Assembly (NCBI GenBank): GCA_963790475.1
Contig: CAWBOS010000006.1
Coordinates: 32,001 to 96,000 of the forward strand
DNA: 64,000 nucleotides
Source: an uncultured delta proteobacterium
GTDB taxonomy: Bacteria > Desulfobacterota > RBG-13-43-22
Direction: 5' to 3'
The notes below the pieces were generated by a model. That model had not been told where the DNA came from. It ran no database searches and was given only the letters and a program-made list of their open reading frames with translations. The position numbers were made by a program, and so were the translations under genes. Positions 1 through 9,963 of this stretch are shown here, one piece after another. Position 1 is the first letter of the stretch. Every line of letters starts with the position of its first letter.

Positions 1-129
1 GGGTCCTAAGGTGATGATGACCGGAAAGTTGCCTCGGTCATTCGGCCTGAATACATCGGCGCACAACTTCAACCCGTCGCGGACTTCAATTGAGACATCT
101 TTTTCTACAATCAATTGATAATAGGTCAT
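1..129 (-). CDS. CocE/NonD (peptidase S15) family hydrolase, N-terminal part, runs off window
   Basis: Not in the ORF track. Minus strand from ATG 129 reads MTYYQLIVEKDVSIEVRDGLKLCADVFRPNDRGNFPVIITLGP (RDGxxLxADVxRP...FPVI motif); AAGGAG RBS upstream. Confidence 0.8.
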   Translation of the reverse strand, partial: MTYYQLIVEKDVSIEVRDGLKLCADVFRPNDRGNFPVIITLGP

Positions 130-215
130 CGTAGATCTCCTTGGAAATCATTCATCGTTAACGATTATTCTCTCTAACGGTTCCGGATCAGGGCAGATTC
201 TCCACGCAGTGGTAC

Positions 216-965
216 CTAAGCATGGGCCATCAGGCCGCCGTCGACGAACATGAACTGGCCGGTGGTGAACCCGGTCACCTCTGAGGCCAGGTAAACTACC
301 AAGGACCCGATTTCTTCGGGTTGGCCGTAACGTTTGGCCGGAATGTAGCGGGCCAGAGACTCGTCCGTCGCCTTGCCCGGTTCGGTAAACCAACCCGTGC
401 CGATGGCATTGACGGTAATTCCCTTCCGGGCCCACTCCAGGGCCAGGGCCCGGGTCAACTGGAGCACAGCGCCCATGGACACACAATAGGCCGAACCGTT
501 GACAATCCCGCGCTCGGCCAGACCGGAAACGATATTGATGATCCGGCCGTTTTTCTGCTTCAGCATTGGTTTGGCAGCGGCGCGGCAGAAATTCAGCACG
601 GACTTGAAATTGTAATCCATCACTTTGGCCCATTCGGCGTTCTTGATTTTCATAAAAGGCTGAAAGAAATGGATGTCCCCGGCGTTGACCAGGATATCAA
701 GACGTCCGTATTCGGCCATAACCTGACCGACAGCCTTCCGCACTTGAGCCGCGTTGGTGACGTCAACGGGGATGGCTAAGGCTTTTCGACCGGTTTTGTG
801 CACAGCTTCCGTCGCCGCCTCGGTTAGTAGGGGTGAATCTTTGGCCGCGATGGCTATATCCGCACCGGCACCGGCCATGGCCACAGCTACCGACTTGGTC
901 CATAATTTACTGTCCCCGGCAACCAGGGCTACCTTGTCTTTTAATGAAAATGCTTTCGCTGTCAT
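216..965 (-). CDS. Short-chain dehydrogenase/reductase, atypical (degenerate cofactor and catalytic motifs)
   Basis: SDR motifs LDILVNA, GRIINI, ITVNAI, TGQxxxVDGG; AGDSKLWT replaces TGxxxGxG and YCVSM replaces YxxxK; ATG 965 overlaps the upstream stop (ATGA). Confidence 0.85.
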   Translation of the reverse strand: MTAKAFSLKDKVALVAGDSKLWTKSVAVAMAGAGADIAIAAKDSPLLTEAATEAVHKTGRKALAIPVDVTNAAQVRKAVGQVMAEYGRLDILVNAGDIHFFQPFMKIKNAEWAKVMDYNFKSVLNFCRAAAKPMLKQKNGRIINIVSGLAERGIVNGSAYCVSMGAVLQLTRALALEWARKGITVNAIGTGWFTEPGKATDESLARYIPAKRYGQPEEIGSLVVYLASEVTGFTTGQFMFVDGGLMAHA

Positions 966-1798
966 ACCAGACCCTCCTTCAAAGAGACCTTCGGTGCGTA
1001 ACCGGTGGTGGCGAATCCTCCGGCCAGCCCGCCTCCGTCTGAAATAAAACATCCGCCGGTGATATAATCGGAAGCATCGGAGCAGAGGAACAGGGCCACA
1101 TACCCGATGTCATCCGGTTTGCCCGGACTCCCGACCGGGACAAACAACTTTCTGGCGGCGCGTCTCTCGGCCATGACCTTCTGATAATCCGCGGGCTGGT
1201 TGTCATAGGTGTCCACAAAGCCGGGGACGATGCAGTTTACCCGAACGTTGTACTCAGCCAGGGTCAGAGCCATGACCCGGGTGAGATTGACCACCCCGGC
1301 CTTGGCCGTGTTGTACATGAAGCTGTTGCGCTGTCCGCGGAAACCTTCGCCGGAAGCCAACAAAATTATTTTGCCGTTTTTGCGTTCGGCAAAATACTTG
1401 CTTACCGCACGGCTGCAATAAAAACCACCGGATAGATTGACATCGATCCCGGTGCGCCAGTCCTCATCGGTAATTTCCCACATCGTTTTGGGCCGTTCAC
1501 CGCGGACGATGCCGGCGTTGTTGATCAGCACATCGATATGGCCCATTTCCGCCAGTGCGCGCTCAATCAATCGGTTGGCCTGGGCGGTGTCCGTCACATC
1601 CGTGGGGACGACCAGGGCTTTTCCGCCGCGCTGGCGGACCCCCGCCGCTGTTTCTTCCAGAGGTGCAACCCGCCGGGCGGCCACCACGATATCCGCGCCC
1701 TCTTCGGCCAGACGAAAGGCCATGGACCTCCCCAGTCCCGTCCCCCCGCCGGTGATGATGATGACTTTACCGTCCAGAGTCCCTTTCCTTTCATTCAT
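962..1798 (-). CDS. Short-chain dehydrogenase/reductase, classical
   Basis: TGGGTGLG, NNAG, YNTAK, VRVNCIVPG, DGG; start moved to ATG 1798 after AGGAGG. Confidence 0.92.
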   Translation of the reverse strand: MNERKGTLDGKVIIITGGGTGLGRSMAFRLAEEGADIVVAARRVAPLEETAAGVRQRGGKALVVPTDVTDTAQANRLIERALAEMGHIDVLINNAGIVRGERPKTMWEITDEDWRTGIDVNLSGGFYCSRAVSKYFAERKNGKIILLASGEGFRGQRNSFMYNTAKAGVVNLTRVMALTLAEYNVRVNCIVPGFVDTYDNQPADYQKVMAERRAARKLFVPVGSPGKPDDIGYVALFLCSDASDYITGGCFISDGGGLAGGFATTGYAPKVSLKEGLV

Positions 1799-2074
1799 AA
1801 CATACCCTCCTTGTTGGATAGGCACCATATTTCTCACCCAAGTTGAAACAGGCGGAGGTTATGGTGGTCAGAGTCAACTTCCGATTTTGCAAAAGCTGGT
1901 AACATCAAAGTTCCAAGTTGGATAATAATTTATTTCTTTCAAAATAGAAATTTATTTTTAAGCGAACCTATTTAAAATTTTGGGAGTGTCATAAGGATCT
2001 TGTTTTGGGGGTTGTCCTCCCCCCAAGCCATAAGCTTCTTGGCGGTTAAATGTTATTAGCAGATAATAAATTGC

Positions 2075-2250
2075 ATTCGCCGCAGTCGCAAAGGGCACAG
2101 AGAAGAAGATTTTTTGCTTTCCGGTGAGAGGACGGAAAGCAAAAAGAGCTCTTTTCATTTGCCGCCTCTCGCCGGCAAATGAAAATCCTATCTCAGCGTT
2201 CTCTGGGTCTCGAACGAGTCACGCCTCTGGCGTGATGAGTGGGCGGTGAA
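2075..2250 (+). repeat. Structured intergenic element: two 13-bp hairpins with complementary loops inside an outer stem
   Basis: Perfect inverted repeats 2111-2123/2133-2145 and 2152-2164/2173-2185; third hairpin 2219-2235; outer TTCGCCGC/GCGGTGAA. Confidence 0.7.
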
Positions 2251-2358
2251 AAAATGTTTCCGTGATGTAACCTAATTTTATGCTCTCGTCAATAAATCAA
2301 ATCTGAGACCGGCCCACACCAATGCCAAATGGCAACACCCCCCCTGTTTAGGCCCAGC

Positions 2359-2616
2359 TCATATCTTGATTTTTTTCCAGCCGCCCCTGGAGAAACGCCA
2401 CCAAAGAAGGATTCCTCGAACATTGATGTCTAATACCGCCGCCGACCATGCTCCCACGGGGCCAAGATGAAGGGCAATAGCAGGAAGATAGGCCAAAGGA
2501 AGCCGTAATAACAAGATGCAACCAGTCATGATCAACAATACCCAGCGGGTGTCGCCGGCACCTCGGAGACCTCCGGCCAGGGTATTGCTCGTTCCCATCA
2601 TGGGCATGGCCAGGGC
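2359..2616 (-). pseudogene. MATE efflux transporter C-terminal remnant
   Basis: LAGGLRGAGDTRW...LRLPLAY...GAW...FSRGGWK is the MATE C-terminus; only ~85 aa, with ~45 bp to the upstream gene. Confidence 0.8.
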
Positions 2617-2658
2617 CCATCCGGACGGCCACGAAGTAATTTCATGGCCGGGAAAAGG

Positions 2659-4254
2659 TTATTTCCGGTAAACAATCTCCCCCTCGATCATGGTCATTTC
2701 GACCTCAATCGAAGGCCAGGTTTCAGGAGGGACTTCGAACAGGTTTTTCTCGAACACGGTAATATCGGCATGTTTTCCCGGGCTGATGGAACCCAGGGTG
2801 GTTTCCCGGCGTGAAGTCCAGGCCGGAATCTGTGTGAAGGCCTCAATCCCTTCCTCCAGGGAAAGCCGTTCTTCCGGGAACCATCCCCCGGCCGGCTCCC
2901 CTTCAGGGGTCTGCCGGGTCACTGCCGCCTGAAGTCCCAAGAGAGGACTAATATTATCAAACGGGGCATCGGAACCGAACTGAAGGGGGATGCCCGCCTG
3001 GCGGAAGGTTTTCCAGGCATAGGCCTGGCGGGATCGGGAGTGTCCCCATTTTTCTTCCGCCAGTTGCCAATCCGTGGCCGTAAATACCGGCTGAACCGAG
3101 GCCGTCACTCCCAGTCTTCGAAGCAGGGCCAGGTCACTGGACTGATGAAGCTGGACATGTTCGAGACGATCCCTTTTCTCTCCGGGTCTTATTCCCTCCA
3201 TATTTCTGGCCTCTGATATGGCGGCCAGGCAGTTGGAAACGGCCCTGTCCCCGATGGCATGGATGGCCACATCCCCGCCCCAGGAATAGGTTTGTCGTAT
3301 CTGATCCCGGAGCGTTTCCAAAGGAATTACGGCCAGGCCTTTATTGGCCGGATCATCCATATAAGGTTCATGAAGCAGGGCGGTACCGGAACCCAGGGAA
3401 CCGTCGGCAAACAATTTCATGTGCCCTACCCACAACCGTGGGCTGCCGCTGCCGGGCCGCATACCCCTGGCCGACAGGGTATCCGCTTCCTGGGGACGAA
3501 GCAGCTGGTAAATCCTGATTTTCAGTTTTTCGTCTTTGTCCAGCTCGGCCAGAGCTTCGTATTGGGGAAGCATTTCGCAGGAATGGACCCCGGTCAGTCC
3601 TGATTTCAAGGCCTCCTCCTGGGCGGCCAGGGCTGCTGATTTCAAATCGTCCCGTGAACTTCTGGGCATAAATTTTCTTAAGACCCCTATGGCTTCCCGC
3701 ATGATCCCTGTGGGTTCACCGGTCGCCGGGTCCCTTTCGATTTTTCCTCCCGGAGGATCCGGGGAAGCTTTGGTGACCCCGGCTTTTTCCAAGGCCATGG
3801 AATTTACCCAGACCGTATGGCCGTCGGCTCGAAACAACATCAGGGGGTTGGCCGGGGCCAGGTCGTCGAGATCATACCGGGTGGGTGGCCTGTTTTCTTT
3901 CCATTTGCGGTCGTCCCATCCCCGGCCGACAATCCATTCTCCGGGCGGATAGGTGGAAACGGCAGTCCGGATTTTTTGACGGCATTGCTCCAGGGAAGAA
4001 AGATTTTTCAGGCTCACCAGGTTAAGAGTTTGACCGAAGGAACAAAAGTGGACATGCCCGTCCACCAGCCCGGGAACCGCAAGCCTGGCGGGCAGGTCCA
4101 GGATTTTAGTCTTTCCGGAACAAAGCGGTTTTATTTCTTGATCGCGGCCAACGGCCATTATTTGTCCGTCTTTTATGGCCACGGCTTCGGCCCAGGGGAT
4201 TTTGGGATCGCCGGTGAAAATCTTTGAAGAGAGAATGGCAATGTCCACGGTCAT
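2659..4254 (-). CDS. Amidohydrolase_3 (YtcJ-like) metallo-amidohydrolase
   Basis: PGLVDGHVH, GRGWD, KLFADGSLGS, HAIGDRA, RLEH, GSDAP, GKHAD. Confidence 0.92.
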   Translation of the reverse strand: MTVDIAILSSKIFTGDPKIPWAEAVAIKDGQIMAVGRDQEIKPLCSGKTKILDLPARLAVPGLVDGHVHFCSFGQTLNLVSLKNLSSLEQCRQKIRTAVSTYPPGEWIVGRGWDDRKWKENRPPTRYDLDDLAPANPLMLFRADGHTVWVNSMALEKAGVTKASPDPPGGKIERDPATGEPTGIMREAIGVLRKFMPRSSRDDLKSAALAAQEEALKSGLTGVHSCEMLPQYEALAELDKDEKLKIRIYQLLRPQEADTLSARGMRPGSGSPRLWVGHMKLFADGSLGSGTALLHEPYMDDPANKGLAVIPLETLRDQIRQTYSWGGDVAIHAIGDRAVSNCLAAISEARNMEGIRPGEKRDRLEHVQLHQSSDLALLRRLGVTASVQPVFTATDWQLAEEKWGHSRSRQAYAWKTFRQAGIPLQFGSDAPFDNISPLLGLQAAVTRQTPEGEPAGGWFPEERLSLEEGIEAFTQIPAWTSRRETTLGSISPGKHADITVFEKNLFEVPPETWPSIEVEMTMIEGEIVYRK

Positions 4255-4511
4255 CTTTCCCGGAAGTCCGGATCATCCAGAGATTTTAGAATGAGGTTGG
4301 TCTTGAGTCTTTTAAACATGAGAGGAAAATAGCAGAATAATATTTCATTTTCAAGTGCTATGGTATCTCCAACCTCGGAGGGAGTAAACTGTCGCTCCCG
4401 ATAGGGAGAGAGGGTGGGGGTTGATTTCAGGAGAACCATCGCTCGGATAAAGCCATAATCAGCAGGTCATTACCCATTATCCGGGTTTTAGGCAGAAAAC
4501 CATCGCACCGC

Positions 4512-4946
4512 TTACTGCATTTTGATCTTAAGATGCCTTCCGACATCAGCCAATCCGTATTTCAAATATACCGGATAGCCTGATTCGCTGGGATTGTTCA
4601 CCTGGAGCTCATAACACCCCTTGGCGGAAGCCTCTTCCAGGGCGGCTCTCAGCAGCTTTCCGCCGATCCCCTGGCCTCGCCCTTTTTCACCGACAATGAA
4701 TTCTTCGATACAGGTGTAAAGCCCTCCGCACCGAATAGCCGTGGGATAGGACAGGGTGATTAACCCCATGGCTTTTCCGCCTTCATCGGCCATAAAGATG
4801 CTACCTATCTCCGGATGGTTGACTATTTGCCGGAAGGTTGCCGCCGCGGCCTTCCAATCCACAGCCCCCAATCCATTTCCCGGAAACTGCATCAGCAGTT
4901 CGATGACCTGGCTTTCATCTTCTAATCCGGCCCGGCGAATCTTCAT
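4512..4946 (-). CDS. GNAT family N-acetyltransferase
   Basis: V...RGQGIGGKLL acetyl-CoA motif A; 144 aa; ATGA overlap with the upstream ligase. Confidence 0.88.
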   Translation of the reverse strand: MKIRRAGLEDESQVIELLMQFPGNGLGAVDWKAAAATFRQIVNHPEIGSIFMADEGGKAMGLITLSYPTAIRCGGLYTCIEEFIVGEKGRGQGIGGKLLRAALEEASAKGCYELQVNNPSESGYPVYLKYGLADVGRHLKIKMQ

Positions 4947-6673
4947 TTCCTTCCTCCTTTAACCAACTCCTCCAAAATCATTTTTTTCAATTTGTATTTC
5001 TCTATCTTATTGGTTGGTGTCCTGGGCAACTCGTCCATAAAGCGGATATGTTTGGGCCACATAAATCTGGGCATTTCAGAAGCCAGCCATTTTCGCAAGG
5101 TGCTTTCATTCACATCCATTTTTTGCATTAAAGTGACATAGACCACAATATCATCTTCTTCCCCTTCGGCTGCCGGAATAGGAAAGGCGGCACAAACCTC
5201 CACCGCCGGATGGCTGTTGATGATATCCTCGATTTGATAGGAAGAGATATTTTCACCCTTGGTCCGGATAAATCCGCCCATGCGGTCTACAAAGTAATAG
5301 ATCCCATCATTATCTCTATAACAGGCATCTCCGGTATGAAACCACTGGTTTTTGAAGACCGCGACCGTGGCTTCGGGCTTATTGAAATAACCATCCAGCA
5401 TACAATAGGGGAGTTTGCTTCTGAAGGCCAGTTGGCCATATTGCCCCGGTCCCAGTTCTTCATCATGCTCATTAAGAACGGCCGGTTCCAGGACCACCGA
5501 TCGCCCCATAAATCCTTTTTTAATCTCATCTTTTCCGGATAAAAATGGATACCCCCATTTCAGACAAAACTCCCGTATCTCTTTTCTCGTGAAACCTTTA
5601 TACAGTTCAGGAGGGGTTCCCGCTCCCTCCTCCAATTCATCGATAAGACCGACAAAACCGTTTCCGGCCTCCGTCTGGCCATATCCTCCGGATATAAAAT
5701 CGATCCCGAACCGTTTAGCCACCTTATTATGGTATTGGGGCAGGGGCTGCATATGAACCCTGTTCAGGCTGTTATCGCGATCGTTCGGCGTTTCCGGGGC
5801 ATTCATCAACCAGGGTATCATGACGTCCAGCAGGGTGGCATGATTCGCTCCCCCCGCTGCGATTCTTTTCCAGAATTCGCTGGGAGAAAATTTATCCCAA
5901 AGGGCTGCATTGGCCCCTCTCCAAACCACCCGCACAAAATTGCTGATGGCCCCTCCCACATGGTACATGGGGAGGTCATTGTAAATTACATCCTCCTCGT
6001 GGGTGAATCTTCTGGTGTTAAAGGTATACTGGGCCATCCAACGGTGGGATTGGACAACTCCCTTGGCCGGTCCAGTCGTCCCGGAAGTATAAATGATATT
6101 AGCCGTGTCCCAGTAATTTATTTCCGTGTTCAGATCGGCAGAATCGCCCTGGAGCAGATCTTCAAAATCAAAGAATTCAATTTTTTTATCCAACTCCGCC
6201 CTTGCCAGATCGGGGTTAAAATCGTGCTCATCCCGCCTGGGCTTCCTGACAATAACCTTCATTGGAGGGAGGTCCGTTTTCACATTATCCAGGAAAGGGA
6301 GCATGGCTTGCTCGGAAATCATCATTTTCGGTTCCGTATCATTAATCTGGTAGGACAGCAGTCGGCCCTTGTAATTAAAATTAATGGGACTGAAGACGGC
6401 ACCGACCTTCCAAATGCCGAACATGGCCAATACCGTTACCAAGGGATTGAATAAATATAACGAAATCCGGTCCCCCTGGCCGACTCCCAAAGCCTGCAAA
6501 GAATGGCCTATTTTATTGGTTAATTGATTAAATGCCAGGTAGGTCAGGGTGTTGTTCTCCTCCCCATAATAGAGAAATTTCTGATCGGGCTTCTTCGAGG
6601 CCCATTCATATAATTTATTGACCACACTGGTTCCGTCTTTTTCAAATTCTTTCTTCAATTCTTCCAGATCCAT
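4943..6673 (-). CDS. Acyl-CoA synthetase, CaiC-like
   Basis: YTSGTTGPAKG, GYGQTE, WFHTGD, FVDR, GENISS, PRTPTNKIEK. Confidence 0.9.
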   Translation of the reverse strand: MDLEELKKEFEKDGTSVVNKLYEWASKKPDQKFLYYGEENNTLTYLAFNQLTNKIGHSLQALGVGQGDRISLYLFNPLVTVLAMFGIWKVGAVFSPINFNYKGRLLSYQINDTEPKMMISEQAMLPFLDNVKTDLPPMKVIVRKPRRDEHDFNPDLARAELDKKIEFFDFEDLLQGDSADLNTEINYWDTANIIYTSGTTGPAKGVVQSHRWMAQYTFNTRRFTHEEDVIYNDLPMYHVGGAISNFVRVVWRGANAALWDKFSPSEFWKRIAAGGANHATLLDVMIPWLMNAPETPNDRDNSLNRVHMQPLPQYHNKVAKRFGIDFISGGYGQTEAGNGFVGLIDELEEGAGTPPELYKGFTRKEIREFCLKWGYPFLSGKDEIKKGFMGRSVVLEPAVLNEHDEELGPGQYGQLAFRSKLPYCMLDGYFNKPEATVAVFKNQWFHTGDACYRDNDGIYYFVDRMGGFIRTKGENISSYQIEDIINSHPAVEVCAAFPIPAAEGEEDDIVVYVTLMQKMDVNESTLRKWLASEMPRFMWPKHIRFMDELPRTPTNKIEKYKLKKMILEELVKGGRK

Positions 6674-6731
6674 ATCTATCCTCCTTTACTGGCTTCTTCT
6701 CTGAGTTCCCTTTTTAAAACTTTACCGAAAA

Positions 6732-8411
6732 TTAAAAGGTAGTGGGCCAATATTGCAGTTTATGTTCACTGATGAGAGGACCTTTCCTACCCCGGGCGAT
6801 GTCAAGGGCCGCAGCAATAAACTTTCTGGTATCTCTCGGATCAATGATATCGTCAAAAAAATGTTGTTCGGCCGCTTTCCAGGGGGACGTTTCGGTTGAC
6901 CAGAGCTTTCGCAGTTTTTCTCTTTCCCCCCGAGGGTCCTTAGCCTCTGCTATTTTACTGCCGTGCACCAATTCGATTCCGATCACCGGGTCGACAAAAC
7001 TGATAGAGGCGATAGGCCAGGCCGCTATAAAATCGGCCCCTTCGCCGGGGCTCATCATGACGTTCCAGCCCATTCCATAAGCCTTGCGTAAGGTAATGGA
7101 AATCTTGGGGACAGTGGCCAGCTGCTCAGTCTCCAGCCAATTGACGATCTTGCCGGGCAGCTTCTGCTTCTCGGCGGCGCTGCCCGGAAACATCCCCGGG
7201 ACATCGTTTAAAAAAACAAGGGGGATATTAAAAGAATCACAAAGGCAAATAAAGCTGGCTGCTTTTTCACAGGCAGCCACCGTGGGGGCACCGGCATCGT
7301 ACATCGGGTTATTGGCTATGAAACCCACAACTCGACCACCGACGCGAGCCAGACAAGTAATCAACGATTTTCCGAACTCCGCTTTCAACGGAAAATATTT
7401 CCCGTTATCTACGATTCTCTTTAGGAGACGATACATATCATAGGCCCGGTTGAGTTGATCCGGAACAATTTTCCCTATATCGTCGATTCGTCTGGAAACA
7501 GGGTCGTCGGTCGCTACCAAGGGCGGCTCTTCTTGATGGTTGGAAGGCATATAACTCAGAAATTCTCTGACCAGCTCCAAACATTGCTCGTCATTGTCCG
7601 CCAGGGCATCAATTTCACCGGTCTCTCTAAATCGAAATTCTGAAGCGGCCAGATCGTGAGGGGTGATCTCCTCACCTATGGCGATTTTGAGAATCCTGGG
7701 GCCGGCCGCCCCCATACAGGTTCCTTTTACGGCAAAGACGACATCAGAGGCCGCCGCAATCCAACTGGGTTCGCCAAAACATTCCCCCATAATGGTAGCC
7801 ACGCGAGGAGTTATTCGAGGTCTCCCCATAAATGCCGGCATGGCCGCAGAACGGCTCATCCCCACCGAACCCATCCCATCAGGCAATCTCAACCCCCCCA
7901 GATTGTCTCCCAAAAAAATAGTCGGATATCCTTTTGCCGTAGCATAAAGGTGAGCCCGTTCGTGTTTCCGGGCACATCCGATTAAACCGTCACTTCCGCC
8001 CAGAACGGTTACATCGTCGGCAGTCACCAAGACCCTACGCCCCTGAATCATACCAAAACCGCAAGGTCGGCCATCAGCAGCCGTCCTGTCGGCCATTTCA
8101 GGATTTTCCCCAAGATTCAAAATGCCGAGTTCCCAGAAGCTTCCCGAATCGAGCAATCTCTCAATTCTCTCTCGAGCGGTCAGTCGGCCCAGGGCGTGTT
8201 GCTTGGCCACCTGTTTTTCGCCACCCTGCTTCCTGGCTTTCTCCCGGCGGACGATCAACTCCCGGGTCGCCCCCTCCAGGGTGACCTTGCTTTCCACTTT
8301 GAACCCGACATCCAGACCCACCGCCAGTTTGCGTTCCTTTTTTCCCGCCACTTGTATTTTTCTCCTATTTTTTATCTTTTTATAATCATGAACATAGATA
8401 TAGTTTGGCAT
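6732..8411 (-). CDS. Acyl-CoA carboxylase carboxyltransferase (beta-type), divergent; start uncertain
   Basis: GRLTARERIERLLDSGSF, ADG, CDSFNIPLVFLNDVPG, VPKISITLRKAYG, DDIIDPRDTR. Confidence 0.88.
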   Translation of the reverse strand: MPNYIYVHDYKKIKNRRKIQVAGKKERKLAVGLDVGFKVESKVTLEGATRELIVRREKARKQGGEKQVAKQHALGRLTARERIERLLDSGSFWELGILNLGENPEMADRTAADGRPCGFGMIQGRRVLVTADDVTVLGGSDGLIGCARKHERAHLYATAKGYPTIFLGDNLGGLRLPDGMGSVGMSRSAAMPAFMGRPRITPRVATIMGECFGEPSWIAAASDVVFAVKGTCMGAAGPRILKIAIGEEITPHDLAASEFRFRETGEIDALADNDEQCLELVREFLSYMPSNHQEEPPLVATDDPVSRRIDDIGKIVPDQLNRAYDMYRLLKRIVDNGKYFPLKAEFGKSLITCLARVGGRVVGFIANNPMYDAGAPTVAACEKAASFICLCDSFNIPLVFLNDVPGMFPGSAAEKQKLPGKIVNWLETEQLATVPKISITLRKAYGMGWNVMMSPGEGADFIAAWPIASISFVDPVIGIELVHGSKIAEAKDPRGEREKLRKLWSTETSPWKAAEQHFFDDIIDPRDTRKFIAAALDIARGRKGPLISEHKLQYWPTTF

Positions 8412-8688
8412 TTAAAATTCGGCCGGAGGTTTTAAAAACTTAAGAAAAGTTTTGATGGGGTGTTCACTTCATCGATACTGATTCTCGAGTCCTTCTTCAC
8501 GGGCCCTATTATCTATCGGCTAAGAGAGGAGGGCAGACCTTGATTAGCCGGAGGCGGGTGGTCATCTCTGATTCCGGCCGTTCATTTCACTGCCTCCTGA
8601 CACGGTTTTTTATCGACCGTGGCTATGAATATCTGTTGGCTTGGCCTGAAAAAGGTGGTAGATCTTCCCATCCAGTCATCAAATAAAT

Positions 8689-8727
8689 GGGAGGCAGAAC
8701 CGTGAAAGGTCCTGCCTCCTCCCTATT
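8689..8727 (-). terminator. Hairpin terminator/attenuator after the SBP gene
   Basis: Minus strand GGAGGCAGGACC-tttcac-GGTTCTGCCTCC followed by ATTTATTT. Confidence 0.55.
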
Positions 8728-8772
8728 GTGGCCTGCGCTCAATCTTTTGGGCCTCTTATTGATCGTGTAGGT

Positions 8773-9963
8773 TTAATCCAAAACTCCTTCCCTGACCGAC
8801 AGTGTCCCCAGGAAGACGGGTTCTCCTTTCTGGAACTGATAGAGGGTAATCGGGTAGAGAAGATGCCGCTTGGCCCCAAAAAGCTTGGAGCCGCCATATC
8901 GAAGCTTGCCAACCGGTGTGTCCCAGGTTTCTTTTTCCAAAGCCGCTGCGATTTTGAAAGGATCCAGACTCTGGGCTGTCTCGATGCCTTTCACCAGGGA
9001 AGTGGCCAGCCCGTAATTTGACCAGATAGTGGAATTCCATTCCTTTTCGCCCCACTTATCAAGATAGGCCTTATAGATTTTTTTCTGGATGTCAGTCTTG
9101 GGATCGAGGGGACCGGCTAAGGACATATAGGCCTTTTCAGCGTGGGGACCGGCCATTTTTTTTACTTGGGCCGGGTCAGGACCCCAGGCTAATAATATCG
9201 CTCCCTTGAAACCAAGCTCCCTGGCTTGCTTGCAGATAAGCGCGGAAGTCGTTGGATCGGTATAACTGGTATCAATCAGATCGGGCTTCTTGGAGATTAT
9301 CCTGGTGAGTAGAGAGGTAAGGTCTTTGGTCCCTCGTTCAAAGAACTCCTCGGCTATCACGGTGAAACCTTCTCTCTCGGCAGCGGCCTTTGAGGCCACC
9401 GTCCCGGATTTTCCTGAGGTGTCATTTGGATTAACGATGATCAGAGTCTTTATATTTTCTCTTTTCTTAAGAACGGGAAAGACAGAGGCGTACATGAGCT
9501 CGATGGAGGGGTTGTATATGAATACCAGAGGATTTTCCTTTTTGATCAAGGTATCCGCTCCACCGGCAAAATTAAGAGATAGAATATTGTTTTCCTTCAT
9601 CAGCGGGATGGCGGCCATGGTAGGGGCACCGCCCTGGATGGCTAAGAACTTACATTTATCTTCAAAAATGGCCCTGTTGGCAGCCTTGGCCGATTCAGCC
9701 GGGATGTATTTGTGGTCGTATACCATCACTTCCAGCTCATAAGCCTTCCCACCGATTTTGAACCCCCCTTTTTTATTTATCTCTTCCGCCTCCAGGATAA
9801 TGCTCCTGGAGTTTGGGATGCCCCAGGGGGCTGCCGGTCCGCTTAAGGCGCAGAGAACGCCTAACCTGACCTTTTCCGCAGCCATCACCGGGCTGTGGAA
9901 GCCGGCTAAACTGATTAAAGCCGAAAGGATAAAAATTCCGCAAATCCAAAATTTTCTTTTCAT
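8773..9963 (-). CDS. Branched-chain amino acid-type ABC substrate-binding protein
   Basis: Signal peptide; LSGPAAPWG, EEINKKGG, YDHKY, PDLI, ETWDTPVG. Confidence 0.9.
   Translation of the reverse strand: MKRKFWICGIFILSALISLAGFHSPVMAAEKVRLGVLCALSGPAAPWGIPNSRSIILEAEEINKKGGFKIGGKAYELEVMVYDHKYIPAESAKAANRAIFEDKCKFLAIQGGAPTMAAIPLMKENNILSLNFAGGADTLIKKENPLVFIYNPSIELMYASVFPVLKKRENIKTLIIVNPNDTSGKSGTVASKAAAEREGFTVIAEEFFERGTKDLTSLLTRIISKKPDLIDTSYTDPTTSALICKQARELGFKGAILLAWGPDPAQVKKMAGPHAEKAYMSLAGPLDPKTDIQKKIYKAYLDKWGEKEWNSTIWSNYGLATSLVKGIETAQSLDPFKIAAALEKETWDTPVGKLRYGGSKLFGAKRHLLYPITLYQFQKGEPVFLGTLSVREGVLD

Noticed and set aside
1958-2158. 66-aa ORF
   Set aside because: Partly translates the palindromic element; no recognisable motif
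8566-8600. AGGAGG followed by a 7-codon ORF (MNGRNQR-TGA) on the minus strand
   Set aside because: Too short; read-through hits TAA within 5 codons; no support for a leader peptide or selenocysteine
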